A stretch of DNA of 64,000 bases, from NCBI RefSeq assembly GCF_009914755.1, contig NC_060930.1; one strand, written 5' to 3'. The stretch is from the human T2T-CHM13v2.0 reference genome, Homo sapiens. This document shows positions 15,461 to 32,699 of the stretch, in pieces. Both the position numbers and the translations under genes were made by a program. Position 1 is the first letter of the stretch. Every line of letters starts with the position of its first letter. The notes beneath the pieces were generated by a model. That model made no database searches. It worked only from the letters and a program-made list of their open reading frames with translations, and had not been told where the DNA came from.

Positions 15461-17199
15461 CTTTCACCCTCCCCCTTCCTTTCCCAGCTCTCAGTGTAGA
15501 CCCTGGCTCTGAGGTCGCCGGGCTGGGCAGAGGGCAGGGGTTAGTCTGTTGCTGACTCTGGGACTGAGGGGTGGGCAAGTTCTGGGTCAGTGGATGAGCT
15601 TCGTCCACACCTTAGCCAGGCAGCTGGGTGAGGAGGGCACCCCAGAGGTTTGGGCCTAGTTGGACTTGAGTCACCCTTGCCCTGCTGGCAGTCTCCTTTC
15701 ACTGAACGGGTGGGGAGGGAAGGGGTGAGTGGACTCTGGTCTCTGGGACTCAACTCCAAATTGCCAACTTCCGGGTGGGGATGGAGGGTGTGTAGAAGTA
15801 GGGGGCTGGGCCCACCAGGCCCAGTGATCAGTTCTGTATGGGATCAGGCTTTTGAGACCAAGTGTCTGGTGGGACTAGAAAGCTAGGATGCCAGAGGCCT
15901 GTGAGAGGACACTGTACTGAGGAGCCTCCCACTGGCCCTCTGCTACGATGGGCAATCTGAGAGATATGGGAGATGCAGCCCTGGCCTTGGGGGTGCCAGG
16001 GTGGGGGTGGCCCGCCAAGGAGGGACACTGGAGCATGGACTGTGAGAACCTGGGGTTGGGGGTGCAGGGATGGAACATGGGTTGAAGGAGAACTCAGTCA
16101 GTGGGAGGGGTGGGCCACTAAGAAGGAAATAATGGCAGACTTCTGAGACTGGAGAGAGAGGGGAAAGGTGAGGAGGACAATGTAAAAGAGGAAGGCCCCC
16201 CCATACCTCCACCCCATCCCCGCACACTGCCAACCAGAAAGGCAAAGGGGCAAGCTCCAGCTGCATTCCCAAAGCCCCGGGGCATTTAGAAGACGCCCCC
16301 CACAGGCTGTCAGCTCCTCGCCCTGGGGCAGGCAAGGGTGGGTTTTGGACACAGAGATGTGGGGTCAAGTGGGTGTGGTTCTGCATAGACCCAGGGTAGG
16401 TGGCCACGTTCCAGGGTCATCTTACCCCTTCCGCCACCTTCCCCTTCCCCGGCATTCCTGGGTGTGGGGTGGAGTGGAGGGAGGGCTCTTGGCTTGGCAG
16501 AGACGTTTGGAGAGTGGTGGCACAGACAGACAAATGCAGGTGAAGGGTCTGGGAGAGGCGGTGCTGAGTGCGGAGCTGACAGAGGTGATGCAGGCACATC
16601 TCATCTCCTCGCAGGTGGAGCAGGGGTGTTGGGGGTGCTTCTTCCCTAGTGGAGGAGAGGAGGTGGGAGGCATGCACGAGGCAGTTTCTGAGAGAGGAGG
16701 AGGAACTGCTGTGAGAGGCACAAGCCCCCGACCTCAGCATAGGAGGAGTGGGGAGCCAGGGCTCACCCTCCTGCTTTCATCACACATCGCCTCCCAGCCC
16801 CACATCTTGGACTTTGGGACCGTGGGCCGGGGTGCAGTGCCTGAAGTCTGGGGCTGGCTGGGGTCCAGGCAGGAGTGGCTCCATGCACCCTGTGTGGGGA
16901 TTAAGGGTGGGGCTATGTGGAGCCCCGTCTCCAGTGTCGGTGTCAGAGAAGTTTCCCCAAGGGCATGAGAGCCCAGTTTTGTTGGTGGCAATTGAAGATC
17001 AGAGTCTGGTCCATCCTCTCCCTTCACTTTTCCTCCTAACTGGAGTAAACATGGACTTGGGCTGGGCTCTTGAGCTGGTGAGGCCTAGCCCTCTAGATGA
17101 GGCACAGTGCATGGAGGGGAGGGGCTGGGGCTTTCATTCTCTCTGAGGGTATCAGTTTGATTGGCCTGTCCTCCTCCTCTCCCCACAGCCGAACCCTTA

Positions 17200-17365
17200 C
17201 CATATATGCCTTTGGCTGAACTCTGAATCACTAAGGAGCTTTAAAACAGCCAGATTTCTGGGCCTCTTCTCTGACCTACAGAATCTGGGGGTAGGATCCA
17301 GGATTGTGTATTTTTAAAAAGCAACTCTGGACAATGTTGTGCCAAGCCAGGCCTGGGAACCACAA
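17200..17365. mobile_element. MER5A-like element
   Basis: gaatcac...cagaatctgggggtaggatccaggattgtgtatttttaa...ggaaccac. Confidence 0.6.
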
Positions 17366-18530
17366 TAAGCAGATTAGAATCATAAAGGTTGCTGCCCTGA
17401 GAAGGAAGCAAGAAGGTGTGAACTTTGTCAGACAGCTAAAGAGCCAGGCACACTGACAGTGTCTGTGGATCACTGGCTGAGTGAATGAACTCAAGATCAA
17501 ATGGGCAAATGGATGAATAATTCACTGGGCATTCAGGAGAGGCAGGGAGACGGTTAGGCTACTCTCTGAGGAGGGAGGAATTTGAGCCCAGCCTCTGCCC
17601 CTCCCCAGCACAGAGCCAGATGGGGGAAGGGCAGAGGGACTTTGAAACCGAAAAGCCAGCATGCCTAGGTTGGTGTGGGGGTGGCAGTGATCCTTAGGGC
17701 AAAGTTGTCCTCACCCTGAGATTCAGGGCTCTTCCTCCCAAAAGGCAGAGGGTTCCAGGTGTCCCCATGTGGGACTGAGTGGGAGACACTGGAAAGAGTT
17801 TTGGGTCCTGGGCCACCCTGGTGGATGTGCTTCATAACCTGGACCAATGCCCAAATCCATGCCCCTCTCTGTGCCTCAGTTTCCCAGTCTGATTTTATGA
17901 CTGATCATTGATTTCCAGTTCTCATTCCTCCTCTCTCCCAGGTAATAGGAGGGGAGGGCTTGGAGGCAGGAGAAAGGGTTCCACCTACAACCATCCAATG
18001 TGAGCACTGTGTGTGTGTGTTGTGGGGGATCCCATCCTCTACATGGGGCCTTTTCAGAGAGATCCAGGGCCTGGCCAGAGAGCAAAGGAAAGGGTGTCTC
18101 TAACCAAGGTGCCAGGGATTAGAGAGGGACAATAGGTAAAGGTTCTGAGGAGAATGGGTGGCCTGGTGGAGTTAAAGGCCATCCCTACTGGGCAGGATGT
18201 GCTGGTGCCAGTTGGGTGAGTTCAGAGGTGGTTGGGAGAGAGACATGCTCAGAGCTCTCTGTCTGTCTACCTGTCCCTGACTCTCAGTGCCAGCACCCAC
18301 CCACCCCATGGTCCCCACTCATCCGGGAGCTTACAGCAGCCCCTCCACCTCTATCCAGCCATTTTCTCTAGCCATAACATTGGTGACTGGCAAAGTGTCC
18401 CAGCACAAGGCCTGGCACACAGTTGGTGCTTAGTGTTTGCTAAATGAATGAATGGATTAATAAGAACGAATATTGTGCAGAAAAAGTAAATTCTTCTGGA
18501 CACTTCCAGCCTATATGTGGAGGGGACAAA

Positions 18531-18532
18531 GT

Positions 18533-18563
<31 letters not shown>

Positions 18564-18742
18564 GTTTTTTGAGACAGTGTCGTTCTGTTGCCCAGGCTGG
18601 AGTGCAGTGGTGCGATCACAGCTCACTGCAGCCTTGATCTCCTCAGCCTCTCGAGTAGCTGGGACCACAGGCGTGCACAACCACGCCCAGCTAATTTTTG
18701 TATTTTTAGTGAAAACAGGGTTTTGCCATGTTCCCCAGGCTG
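18531..18742 (-). mobile_element. Truncated AluJ-like element with (GTT)n tail
   Basis: Alu right arm plus partial left arm; ends abruptly at the palindrome. Confidence 0.8.
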
Positions 18743-18745
18743 AGG

Positions 18746-18872
18746 GGACCCTAGCAACCCTGTTTGAGCCAGGTAGGGAGCTTTCTGAGAAAGCTTTCTA
18801 AGAAAACTTTCTAACTAAGAAAAGTTTTCTAAGAAAGTTCCCTACCTGGCCCAAACAGGGTTGCTGGGGTCC
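18746..18872. repeat. Near-perfect inverted repeat, 41-bp arms, 45-bp spacer
   Basis: Arms 18746-18786 and 18832-18872 match at 38/41 positions. Confidence 0.9.
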
Positions 18873-19642
18873 TGCTGGAATCTGAAGCTATCTTCTTGCA
18901 TCACCCCCACCAAATCCTCACTGATGGTCTGATTACAGGGAAGATCATGGCAGTTGGGAAGGGGAGCAGCCACAGCCCTGGACAGATCCTCAGCCTTGGA
19001 GGTCTCTGCCTTCCTCTCCACCAGGCTTTGTGCTATTTGCATGGAGGCTTCGGCTGGCAGAGCCCCCTCCTTTCCCCACACGCTATTCCCCATAGGTGTG
19101 GCATCCAGGCTTTTCTGGGGTTGGGGAGGGGGCCAATGACCTCCAAACCAAGGTGAGCAGAGCAGGAGGTGGGAGGTAGGGGTGGGAGAGAGCTAACATT
19201 TATTGAGCAACTGCTATATGCCTTTGCTTATATGACCTCATTTATGATCACAACCTTTGTGGAATGTGCATATCCCCACTTAGTTTCCTGATATAGAGAA
19301 AATAAGGACCATCTCTATCTTGTTCATACTTGATCCACAGATTCTTAGACTATAACATGGTGACCAGGACAAGAGACATTCAAAGACCACTTCTTGAGGG
19401 AGTAAATGAAGAAACCCTCAGGGATCTCTGTGTATCAGGAGAGGGAACCCTATAAATACACGCATGTAGGACAATAGGTGGGAGATTCTCTCACAGAAGG
19501 ATGTGGAAAACAAGTAGAAAAGGGAGAATAAGTAAATCTGCTTGGTGGGTGGACAGGAAAGTTGACAGGAAGGCTTTGTCTCCTCTTTGCTAAGACCAGG
19601 AGCTGTTTGAGCTGGTCTTGAAGGAAGGGTAGCAAGTTATCA

Positions 19643-20241
<599 letters not shown>

Positions 20242-21428
20242 TTAAGTTTCAGGAAGATCACTCAGGCAGATGTAAAAAGGATGGACGGCAGTGCAGAATG
20301 GAGAGAACAGGCCGGTGGCTGGGGAACCACCAGGAAAGGCAAGGCTGTGCTCATGGGCCTGGGGTAGCAGACACAGAGAAGTTTAAGAAGGATGCTTGGC
20401 AGGACTCCTTGGCAGCGTAGATGGGCAGGAAAGTGGGGAGGCAGGATATCCCTGGGGCTTCTGGTCTGGATGGGCTGTGTTCGGCTAGCTTAGGAAGACA
20501 GAAGCCCAGCGTGTTCGAAAATGCTAGCAAAGTGCTGGACATCGTCAGCACCGTCCCACCATGGAACAAAGCTGTGTCAGCCCTGATGCGCCCAGGGCAT
20601 TGCGGGTGCCTGGGGATGTCTGTGTATTGAACAGGGTGGAGCTAGAGTGAAGGAGACACAGCAGCCAAGGTCCTGACCAGGTGGTCAGACCTTTCTAGTC
20701 TGGAAGGAAGGAGGCTAAGGGGGACATGGCAAGAGTCTAGAAAACCAAGGACTGCTTTGTCCATCACATTGCCAAGGGCTCTGCACAAAACTTTGAAGAG
20801 GAAAATGGAATGGAGCTCAAGTATACCTGTCGAGGGCTGGACAAATTCCTGGCTGAGAGGATGGATTGGAGGTCGAGGGGCCCAGCCTGCACTTTTAAGG
20901 GTAGAGGACAGCCCCGCCTTTGCCCTTGTCCAGCACAGGATCTGGTGGCCCTGGGCAGCCAGCTCTCTGGCCACAGAGAAACTGCACACCCTGAGGTGGT
21001 ACTGAGGGCATCTAGGAGCCAGCCCGGCACAGCCCATCCAGGAAGTGGCACAGATACTTGCCGCCGTCTCTGGACCTGGCTTTCTCATCTGTAAAAGGAA
21101 GGGCTGATCTGCGTGGTGGTCGTGGTTCCTTCCAGTTTTCATTTTCTGTTATTGTTGCTGACTCGGGTGCAGGATGCACATGGCGATGAGAGGGGCTGGG
21201 GACATAGAGAGGCTGGGAGGCAGAAAGGCCACCAGGATCAGGGCCTGGGACTTCAGGGGACCTAGAGCATGGACAGTCATTCATCAGAGGTTTCCTGAGC
21301 ACTCACTAGGCGCCAGAGACCATTCTAGGCCCTGGGGACAGAGCAGTGAACAAGACAGACCCAGTGCCTGTGCTTAACTTTATGGAGCTCACACTCTGGT
21401 AGACGACCTGGGCCTGTGAGTCTCCTAG

Positions 21429-23093
<1,665 letters not shown>

Positions 23094-23682
23094 TGAGAAA
23101 CCGCTGCCAGCCCCAGGGTGGGCAGAGGGTGGCCACAGGCCTCCACCAGGAGGGGCTTCTCCAGAACCAAGGTGAGGGGCTTCTCCAGAACCAAGGTCAG
23201 GGGCTACGGAAGATCAGGAGGGACCCTCAGTGACACCTCCTGTCCAGCACCTCCCAACTGTGCTCTGCCTCACTCTCATTCGGGTTCCAGCGCTGTCACT
23301 GGGCTCAGTGAAGTGGCTTCAGTAAGCATGTGTGGAGGGGGTGCCGGAGAGGCCAGGCTTAGGAAAAGCTGATGGGGGCCAGTGGGTCCACACACAGCCT
23401 CTGGTATGCCATGGGGCATTGGAAGCCAAAGGATAAAGCCCAGTGCTTTGACTCCTTGGGAGAAAACATTATTTCATATTAATATAAACATAGGTATATT
23501 CTAGGTTAGAATGCAAAATCCATGAGAATTTTAAAGATGAAATGAGGACCCCAAAGAAAGCCAGCAGCAGGCTCTTCCAGCAGCAGCCTGGAAGCGTGTG
23601 GCCCCTCGAGGTCCTGCCCTGGAGGACAGAGAGCCAGGCCTCAGTTTACCCATCTGTGCCATGGTCTCAGTCTCAGCTCTGA

Positions 23683-24560
<878 letters not shown>

Positions 24561-27559
24561 CGCTCCATGCTCCCCCAGCAATCTCTGCCTACACCTCCTG
24601 CGGCGCCTTGCCCTCCTCCGACCCCTTTCCAGCCAAAGTCCCCCCACCCCTTCAGAGAAGCAGCCTCAAATTCCAGAAGTGGAGGCTCCAGCCTCCCCGC
24701 GAGGGTCCAGCCCCACAGTCTTCTGGGAGCCATTGTGGCCAGGGACGGCCTCTGGACTGCCAGGCTGGGTTGGGGACCCAGGGAACATCGGTCTACTCAG
24801 GTGTGAGGGGGCAGGTCTGACCTGCCCCAAAGTTGGCTCCATCCTGGACAACTCGGTGAGAGGCAGTGGGCAAGTGATCTTGGAGATGGGTGGGCAGGTG
24901 ATTCTGTGGGCAGGGGATGTGCTCCCCTGCACCTCTGGGGTGCAGAAACCTCTTGCCTCCAGATTTGGGTGGAGCCTCTGTGGGAACCATAGGAAGTGTG
25001 TGGGCTGCCTTCCTGGGCAAGTATTTCCCAGTGGGAAGTTGGAGGGGGCTTTAACAAAGTTTTACTCCCTCCCCTGTTCCCCTGATCTAGTGCTCAGGAC
25101 CCTTCACCATCAGGAATTCCTTCCTGTCATCTAACCTCAGTCCTGCCTACTGCAGTTCCAGCCAACCTGCTCTTTCCTGAGTTCAAAGCAGGTGGAGACT
25201 GGCTGGTTACCATCTTTGCACTGGCCCTTCGGAGATTCGGGGACTCAGTTCTGGTGGGGTCACCCTCCCTGTCCTCCCGCCTGTGGGAGGGAGGGAGGGC
25301 TGGCTCAGGCATCGTCTCCCGCAATGGGCAGAGAGAGCAGAGACAGGTGGACCAACAGACAGCTGGCCCCTGGAGGCAGAAAGGCCCTTCTAACTTCCAG
25401 ATTGTATGCTTGAGTGATGGGTCCCCAGCCCAAGCCCACTCTTCCCTCAGCTCACCCTTCAGCCTGTTCCTTCTTGCCCTGACCCCAGCCCGTGCAGCTG
25501 CTCTACTCCAGGAATGGATGTGGGGACTCTTCCTGGGTTCTGGCTCCTGCATAGCTCACCCCACCTCATCATGAGCCTCAACTGCCTACATCTGGGGCAA
25601 GCAGCACACCGGCTGCAGATGGGACAGCCAGCCCTGCCTATCTGGACAGGCCCCTGCAGCCTCTGTCCCCTGGCCTAGCCTCTCTGTCCTTCCCTGAGTC
25701 ACAGAGAGCAAGCCAAGACATCCAGGGAAAGAGGAAGAAAGGCCTTAGTGTGCCCCAGCAGTCTGGCTGCGTCCAGCCACCATCACCCGGAAGGATGCCC
25801 ACAAGGCAGCTGACCCTGAAAGCAGCCTCCCCCTCATGGAGAGTCAGCAGCTTGGGCAGCCACTTCCAGGCCAGGGTGGTGGCTTCTCTGCAGACCAGCT
25901 GAGGGGAGGACTCCTGGGTGGACAGCCTTTGACGTCCACCCCACGCTGATGCAGAAGCTCCCAGAACACTCAGGAAACTTCTCCGGACAGAGCCCTCCTT
26001 GTCAACTTGAGGCCCTCCCAAGGCCCTCTACTGCCCTCTGGGTCCAGCAGAGGGAGTGGAGGAAGGGCCACTGCCTCCCACCTAGAGCTTCTCCGAATGA
26101 CAATCAGCTCGTGCCAGGTGGGGACCAGGATATGACTCCTGGTGCCCAGGCCCTGGGCCTGCTCCTTGCCACCAACCGAACCGTGAATGTAGGGCCCCCA
26201 GCCTCACCTCTGCCCCAGGACCAACAACACCCTGGTTTGGAGCTGGGAGGAAGAAGGGGGCCTGAGAGAGCCCCAGGTCCATTCTACCCCCAGCTTCACT
26301 CAGCACTGGAGCTGGCAGAGACGCAAAACCCAGTCTGCCCTTGGGATTCCAAACCTCCCTAGGGCTCCCAACTGACCTCAGGCCTCTGAGTCACTGAATG
26401 TCACCAGGAGAGGTGGGGGAGGGAAAGTGGGCCAGTGGGGAGGGGGTCACCTAGGGGACTGCCTCTGTGCCTCTCCCCAGGAAGCATCCAGGGCAGAGGA
26501 AGCCACATCTCCCGGTGCCCCCAACCCCAGCTGCAGCCTCCTCCCCCTGAGCATTCATTCTCTCCACCAGGCCTCCAGGTCCTGAGCCCTTCCTCTGTAA
26601 AAGTGTCACACCACCTCCCTCAGCACTTCCCCATCACAACAACCTATGTCACTGACTCAGATGCAGGGTCTGCTCACCCCAACACATGCCTTCCCTCCCC
26701 AGCCACACCGTGCACGAAGGGGGCACAGGAGAGGAGAGGGGCTGTGCCCCAGGCTCCCCATTTCCCAGCTCCTCACAGAGGCCTGGTTTGCTCAGTCTTC
26801 TGAACTCCAGGGACCAGCCCTGGTGGGCATGGGGTGGGGAGCAGGGAGTTGCCCTTCCCCTCCCTCGGGAAGCCACCTAAGAATGTTTACATGCCAAACA
26901 GAATGTAACACCCCTCCCCAAGCCCTTCCCAGTCACTGCATGGCCTCTGCCCATCCTGCACCTGTCCACCCCACCCCAACACCCTGGAAGCCACTGTCAA
27001 TGATTAGATCGGGTCTCGGAAGGGAAGTAGCCATCACACCATTAAAAAGCCTGTGGACCTTTTTCTGTTGGCTTGGACTCTTCTTCCCTGAGGGAGGGCA
27101 GGCAAAACCCAGTTCCTGGGGCTGGGGCTGGCCAGGAGAGTGGAGCACAGGTTGGTGGGCAAGTGCAGAGGGACTGTCCTGGAGGCAGGGGAGGAAATGA
27201 AAGCTCAGGACAGACACAGGTAACTTGCTCAGGGTCACAGAGGAGGAAGGGGACTGTCCTGCTGTCCTTCTGACTGCAAATCGTACACTCTCACAGCCCT
27301 CTGGACGCTTCTCCTGAGGGCCAGAGACCCTGAGTCTGGCTTTGTGCAGACAGGCCAGGAGGAAGAGTTTTTTAAATTATTTGTACAAATTGATGGAGTA
27401 CATGAGAAATTTTGTGACATGTATATAATGTGTAGTGACCAAGCCAGGGTGTTTACAGCATCCATTACCCAAGTACAATACATTTTGGTTAAATATCGTC
27501 ACCTTACTCAGCTTTCGAACATTGAATTTATTCCTTCTATCTCACTGTATGTTTATACC

Positions 27560-27872
27560 ATTTATTTATTTTTATTTTTATTTTTTTTTTAGAGGGAGTC
27601 TCGCTCTGTTGCCCAGGCCGGGGTTCAGTGGTGTGATTTCAGCTCACTGTAACCTCCGCCTCCCAGGTTCAAGTGATTCTTGTGCTTCAGCCTCCCGAGT
27701 AGCTGGGATTACACATGTGCGCCACCATGCCCGGCTAATTTTTGTGTTTTTACTAGAGACAGGGTTTTGATATGCTGGCCAGGCTGGTCTCGAACTCCTG
27801 ACCTCATGTGATTGACCTGCCTCGACCTCCCAAAGTGTTGGGATTACAGGGGTGAGTCACTGCACCCCGCCT
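27560..27872 (-). mobile_element. Alu inserted in an old L1 3' fragment
   Basis: Alu consensus; L1-like flanks from ~27370. Confidence 0.85.
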
Positions 27873-28349
27873 GTACCCTTTAATTTGCTTCTCTTCCTCC
27901 TTCCCACTCTCGAGGAAGAATTTTCATTACCCCAAAGTTAACAGACAAAAGTGAGAGTGTCTGGAAAACCATGCAGTGTATCAGCTCACAGGCAAAGTTA
28001 TTATTATGAAAAAATCTATCAAAATCACAAATGAGCATAGCTTGTGTCCCTGCTTCTCTACTTTAGAACTGTATCCTGTGGATGTATTTGTACACTTGCA
28101 AAATTACATGTGTCCAAAATTATTCAGTGCAGTATTCTTTGTATGGCTCCAGAAAGCCTCATCTGCACTTTTGAGACCCAGAAAGTTCTGAAAACTGGGA
28201 TTTCTCGCATTAGATTGGCACACACTCACTTGTTATAAAAAAAAAACCTGACAAGACCATTTATAATCTTTATTAATTCCACTTATCATCCATATTTGCA
28301 GTGGAAACATTAACATGTTTGATGATGGGATAAGTCCCATTAGGGTATT

Positions 28350-28689
<340 letters not shown>

Positions 28690-28705
28690 TAAATTACCTT
28701 TCTGA

Positions 28706-28708
28706 ATA

Positions 28709-28742
<34 letters not shown>

Positions 28743-28874
28743 CACACACACATATATATAGTATATATATGTGTGTATATATATATACACACATATGTAT
28801 ACATATATACATATATATGTGTGTGTATATATATACACACACACACACATATATACACACACACACACATATAT
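28706..28874. repeat. Compound (TG)/(TA)/(CA) microsatellite
   Basis: Direct reading. Confidence 0.9.
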
Positions 28875-29362
28875 AGCTGACCCTTGAACAACACAGGGGT
28901 TAGGGGCACCAAACCCCTTGCTGTTGAAAATCTGCCTATAATTTTTGATTCCCCCAAGACTTCATTAATAGCCTACTGTCGACCAGAAGCCTTACCAATA
29001 ATAAACAGTCGATTAACACATATTTTATATGTTTTATATATATTATATACCGTATTCTTACAATAAGGTAAGCTACAGAAAAGAAAATGTTATTTAAAAA
29101 ACCATGAGGAAGAGAAAATATTAAGTGGAAGTGGATCATCATAAAGGTGTTCATCCTCACTGTCTTCATATTGAGAAGGCTGAGGAGGAGGAGGAAGATG
29201 AGGGGTTGGTCTTGCTGTCTCAGGGGTGGCAGAGGCGGCAGGGGTGGAGGAGATGGAGGGGGAGCAGGAGAGACAGGCACAAAACTTGTGACTTTTATTG
29301 AGAAAAATCAGTTTATGAGCAGACCAGTGCAGTTCAAACCCGTGTTGTTCAAAGGTCAACCA
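28874..29362 (-). mobile_element. Tigger2a-like (TcMar-Tigger) non-autonomous DNA transposon
   Basis: Terminal inverted repeats gctgacccttgaacaacac / gtgttgttcaaaggtcaac, flanked by TA. Confidence 0.8.
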
Positions 29363-30544
29363 TACATGTACAACCATGTATGTACTTCTGATCCCAACAG
29401 TTTGGATAAGAGACTATGGACCTATAAAAGTTCAGAAGAAATCTAAATGCCCAATTGGGGCTGCTCAGTAGAGCATGGCCCACCCATAAAATGGGGTCCC
29501 AACCATGGGGTACTGTGAGACTCTAAAATGAAGGAGGCTAGCTGAGTGCTGTGGTGTGTCTGTAGTCTAGCCACTTGGGAGGCTGAGGTAGGAGGATTGC
29601 TTAAGCCCAGGAGATTGACTCCAGCCTGGGGAACATAGTGAGACCTTTTTCTCTAAAAAAATTAATGAAGGAGTTGTCTGTTTGTATAGTATACACTTAT
29701 GGACCAGTCTCCAAGACCAAGAATAAGAAAAAGAAGCATACATATAATGTACAATTTTGTGTCTGGAAAGGCAGGTGAGATGAGTGAGAGGTGTCTGGCC
29801 GCCATGGGGCAGGAGAGCTGGGCAGAAAGGAGGCTTTGTTCTAGTGTACATACTGTAGGAGCTTGTGAATTTTGAACCCTAGGTTCACTCGGTGTAAATC
29901 TTTCACCTCGTCAATGTATAAACAACTTTGGTTCCAGGCCAGGCTCCTGGCTTTGCCTGAGATCCAAGGTAAAAAGGCCCAGGCTCGCAAAGTCCTGCTG
30001 TCCCTCCAAGAAGGCCACTCTCTGGCATTCCAGAAACATCCTGGCTCCTGGGACACTCTTTCTGTTGGCATGGATGCCAGCGTGCTCTAGGCCCTGATTC
30101 ATCAGCCTTCAGTGGAATCTCCATGTGATTTCGCTTTCCTTCTTGTTTAAACTGTCAAAAGCAGGACATACTTATGGTAAAAAGGCAAATGCTAAAGGCA
30201 TATAAAATAAAAGCCCCCTCCCTATCCATGAAGCTGACCACATAAAGGTAACTCTTACAAATGGCTTGGTGTGTACCATTTCAGACCTTCTTTTTCCTGT
30301 TTGTAATTAATAGCTCTCTCTCTGTCTATATATACATATTTATTATAAATAAAAAGGAGAGCATATTATACCTACTATTCTGAAATGTGTTTTTTTTTTT
30401 GAGACAGGGTCTCACTCTGTCACCCGGGCTGGAGTGCAGCAGCACAATCATGGCTCACTGCAGCCTCGACGCCCCTCCCCAGCCCTGGGTTCAGGTGGTC
30501 CTCCCATCATATATATGTGTATATATATATGATGTTTTGGTAAC

Positions 30545-31040
30545 TATCTTCTTTCACTTAGCGTGTTTTCAAGGTACTGCCATATTGTAGCATTTATCAG
30601 TACTTCATTCCTTTTTATTGCCAAATAATATTTTATTATATGGACACACCACATTTTGTTTATCCATTTGTCAGTTGATGGACTTTGGGTTGTTTCTGCT
30701 TTAGGTTTTGATGAGTAATGCTGCTATGAACATTTGTGTACAAGTTTTGTTTGGATGTATGCATTCACTTCTCTTGGGTATATACCTAGGAGTGGAATTG
30801 CTGCTCGATCATATGGTAATGATATGTTTAACATTTTGAATAATTACCAAACTTTTCTAAAATTGCTACATCATTTTACACTTCCACCAGCAATCATGAG
30901 AATCCTTGTGTTCTTTTTAATAGCTACATCATATTCCATGGCATGAATGTTCCATAATCTATTTAACCAGCTCCATATTGGTTTTTCATTACTCTTTCCG
31001 ACTTTTCACTATTTTCACTATTTCAAATAGTGCTAAACTT
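30545..31040 (-). mobile_element. Old L1 (L1M) 3' fragment
   Basis: gctgctatgaacatttgtgtacaagttttg...atacctaggagtggaattgctg. Confidence 0.8.
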
Positions 31041-31357
31041 GGCACTAGAACTCTTGGCTCCAACCTATCTTACTTCTTCCAGTCTAATTCTAGGAGAAAA
31101 CCCCCCCAAATAATTAAATAGATAAAAATGGTACCTTATTGTATTTTTTAATTTTCTCGATTATTGAGATTGAATGAATGAATGTCATGGGTTATTCATT
31201 CATTATTTATTTAATCCATCTTTCATTCATCCAACCCATTAATTTAACTAATTCTGCAGACTATTGCTGAGCCCAACATGTGCTAGAGGCTATGCCAGAT
31301 GTCGGGCACCGACCAGGCGCTAAGACAAAGCACAGCATGACCTGAAGGAGGTGGCTG

Positions 31358-31522
31358 GGGCTGGGTGTGATGGTATGTGCCTGCAGTCCTAGCTACTTAG
31401 GAGGCTGAGGCAGGAGGATCACCCGAGCCCAGGAGTTCGATGCTGTACTGAGCTATGATCATGCCACTGTACTCTAGCCTGGGCGACAGAGCAAGACCCT
31501 GTCTCTAAAAAAAAAAAAAAAA
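31358..31522 (+). mobile_element. Alu monomer (FRAM-like)
   Basis: Single right arm with A tail. Confidence 0.8.
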
Positions 31523-32699
31523 GTGATTGGAAATTAACTTTCATTTTATATGTGGCATGTGCCTTGATACTCAAGGCATAGGGAGGAACTCCCAGCCCAG
31601 ACTGAGAGCTTCAAGGAAAACCCCTAGAGAGAGATGTGCCTCTTGGACTGAATTTTGAAGGACAAACAGGAGCTGGCCAGATAGAGGAGAGGACATTCCC
31701 AGGGGATGGGGGAGCAGCACGGGCAAAGAGTGGGGGGCGAGACTGCATGGAGTTCAGTGTGGGGAGTCACAGGCATAAATCGTGGAGTGGAAGAGAAGAG
31801 TGAGGAGGGAGTAGGGCCAGGCTTGGAGCCAGGACAGGCTGTGCCAAGGAACAGGGCTTTAAGGCATTGCAGAGACCCTCTGCCTACCTCCTGCCCCCAG
31901 GAGCCTGAGACTTGTCAGGCACATTCACTTCCCGAGGCCCAGCTTGGCTGTCAAGGACTATCTGATGCTCTGCATGCGAGGGCCTCTCTGGTCCCTGGCA
32001 GACCTTCTCCCTGTTCCCTCACAGAAAGACATTTCTTTGTCCTGTGGTCAAAGAGAGGTGTGAGGGCAGGGGCACAGAGAAATAAATGGCTTGAGCAAGG
32101 TTGCTCTGTCAGGGGCTAGATGGGAGCCACAGACCAGGGACATTTAGATGAGCCTTTTTTTGATAGAGAGGGGCCCCTCAGAAAAGAGACAGGGGTGGGA
32201 ATGTGGAGAGTCTTGTGTCTCTAATCATCAGACGCTGGGGCCTGCTGAGATTTTCCCATGGCCTACTGATGAGTCAAGGCCAGGACAATAGATGAGGCCA
32301 ATGCAAGGCTAAAGGACTTAGAACCATCTTTCTAAGTTCTCAGGAGTTTCAGGAGCCTGCTCATTGCCTAAGGTGATGAGGTGATATGGAAGGAGAGTCT
32401 TTCTGGCCATGGGTTAGAGGTCATATGACGTAAGCCCATTTTCAGCAGCTCCAGGTGGCATCTTCTGCATTTCTCCTCACCTTTAAACCGGCAGTGGTGT
32501 AACACCATCCATTACCACTACCACCAATTTTACCACAATCCGCACCTCTGTCTTCATTATCCACCATTACTAGCTTCGTCTTCACTCAGATCACAGACAT
32601 TTTTCTCCCAAACTATCACCATCACCTCCACTAGGCTTTGAAGACATAATGATTAACAAAAGACAAGGTCCTTGCCATCAGGGAGCTTACACACTGTCA

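Noticed and set aside
13782-15608. Multiple overlapping ORFs in the CpG island
   Set aside because: Pro/Arg/Gly-rich in all frames, as expected from GC content; no recognisable domain.
23150-23200. 24-bp tandem duplication gaggggcttctccagaaccaaggt
   Set aside because: Two-copy intronic slippage duplication with no evident function.
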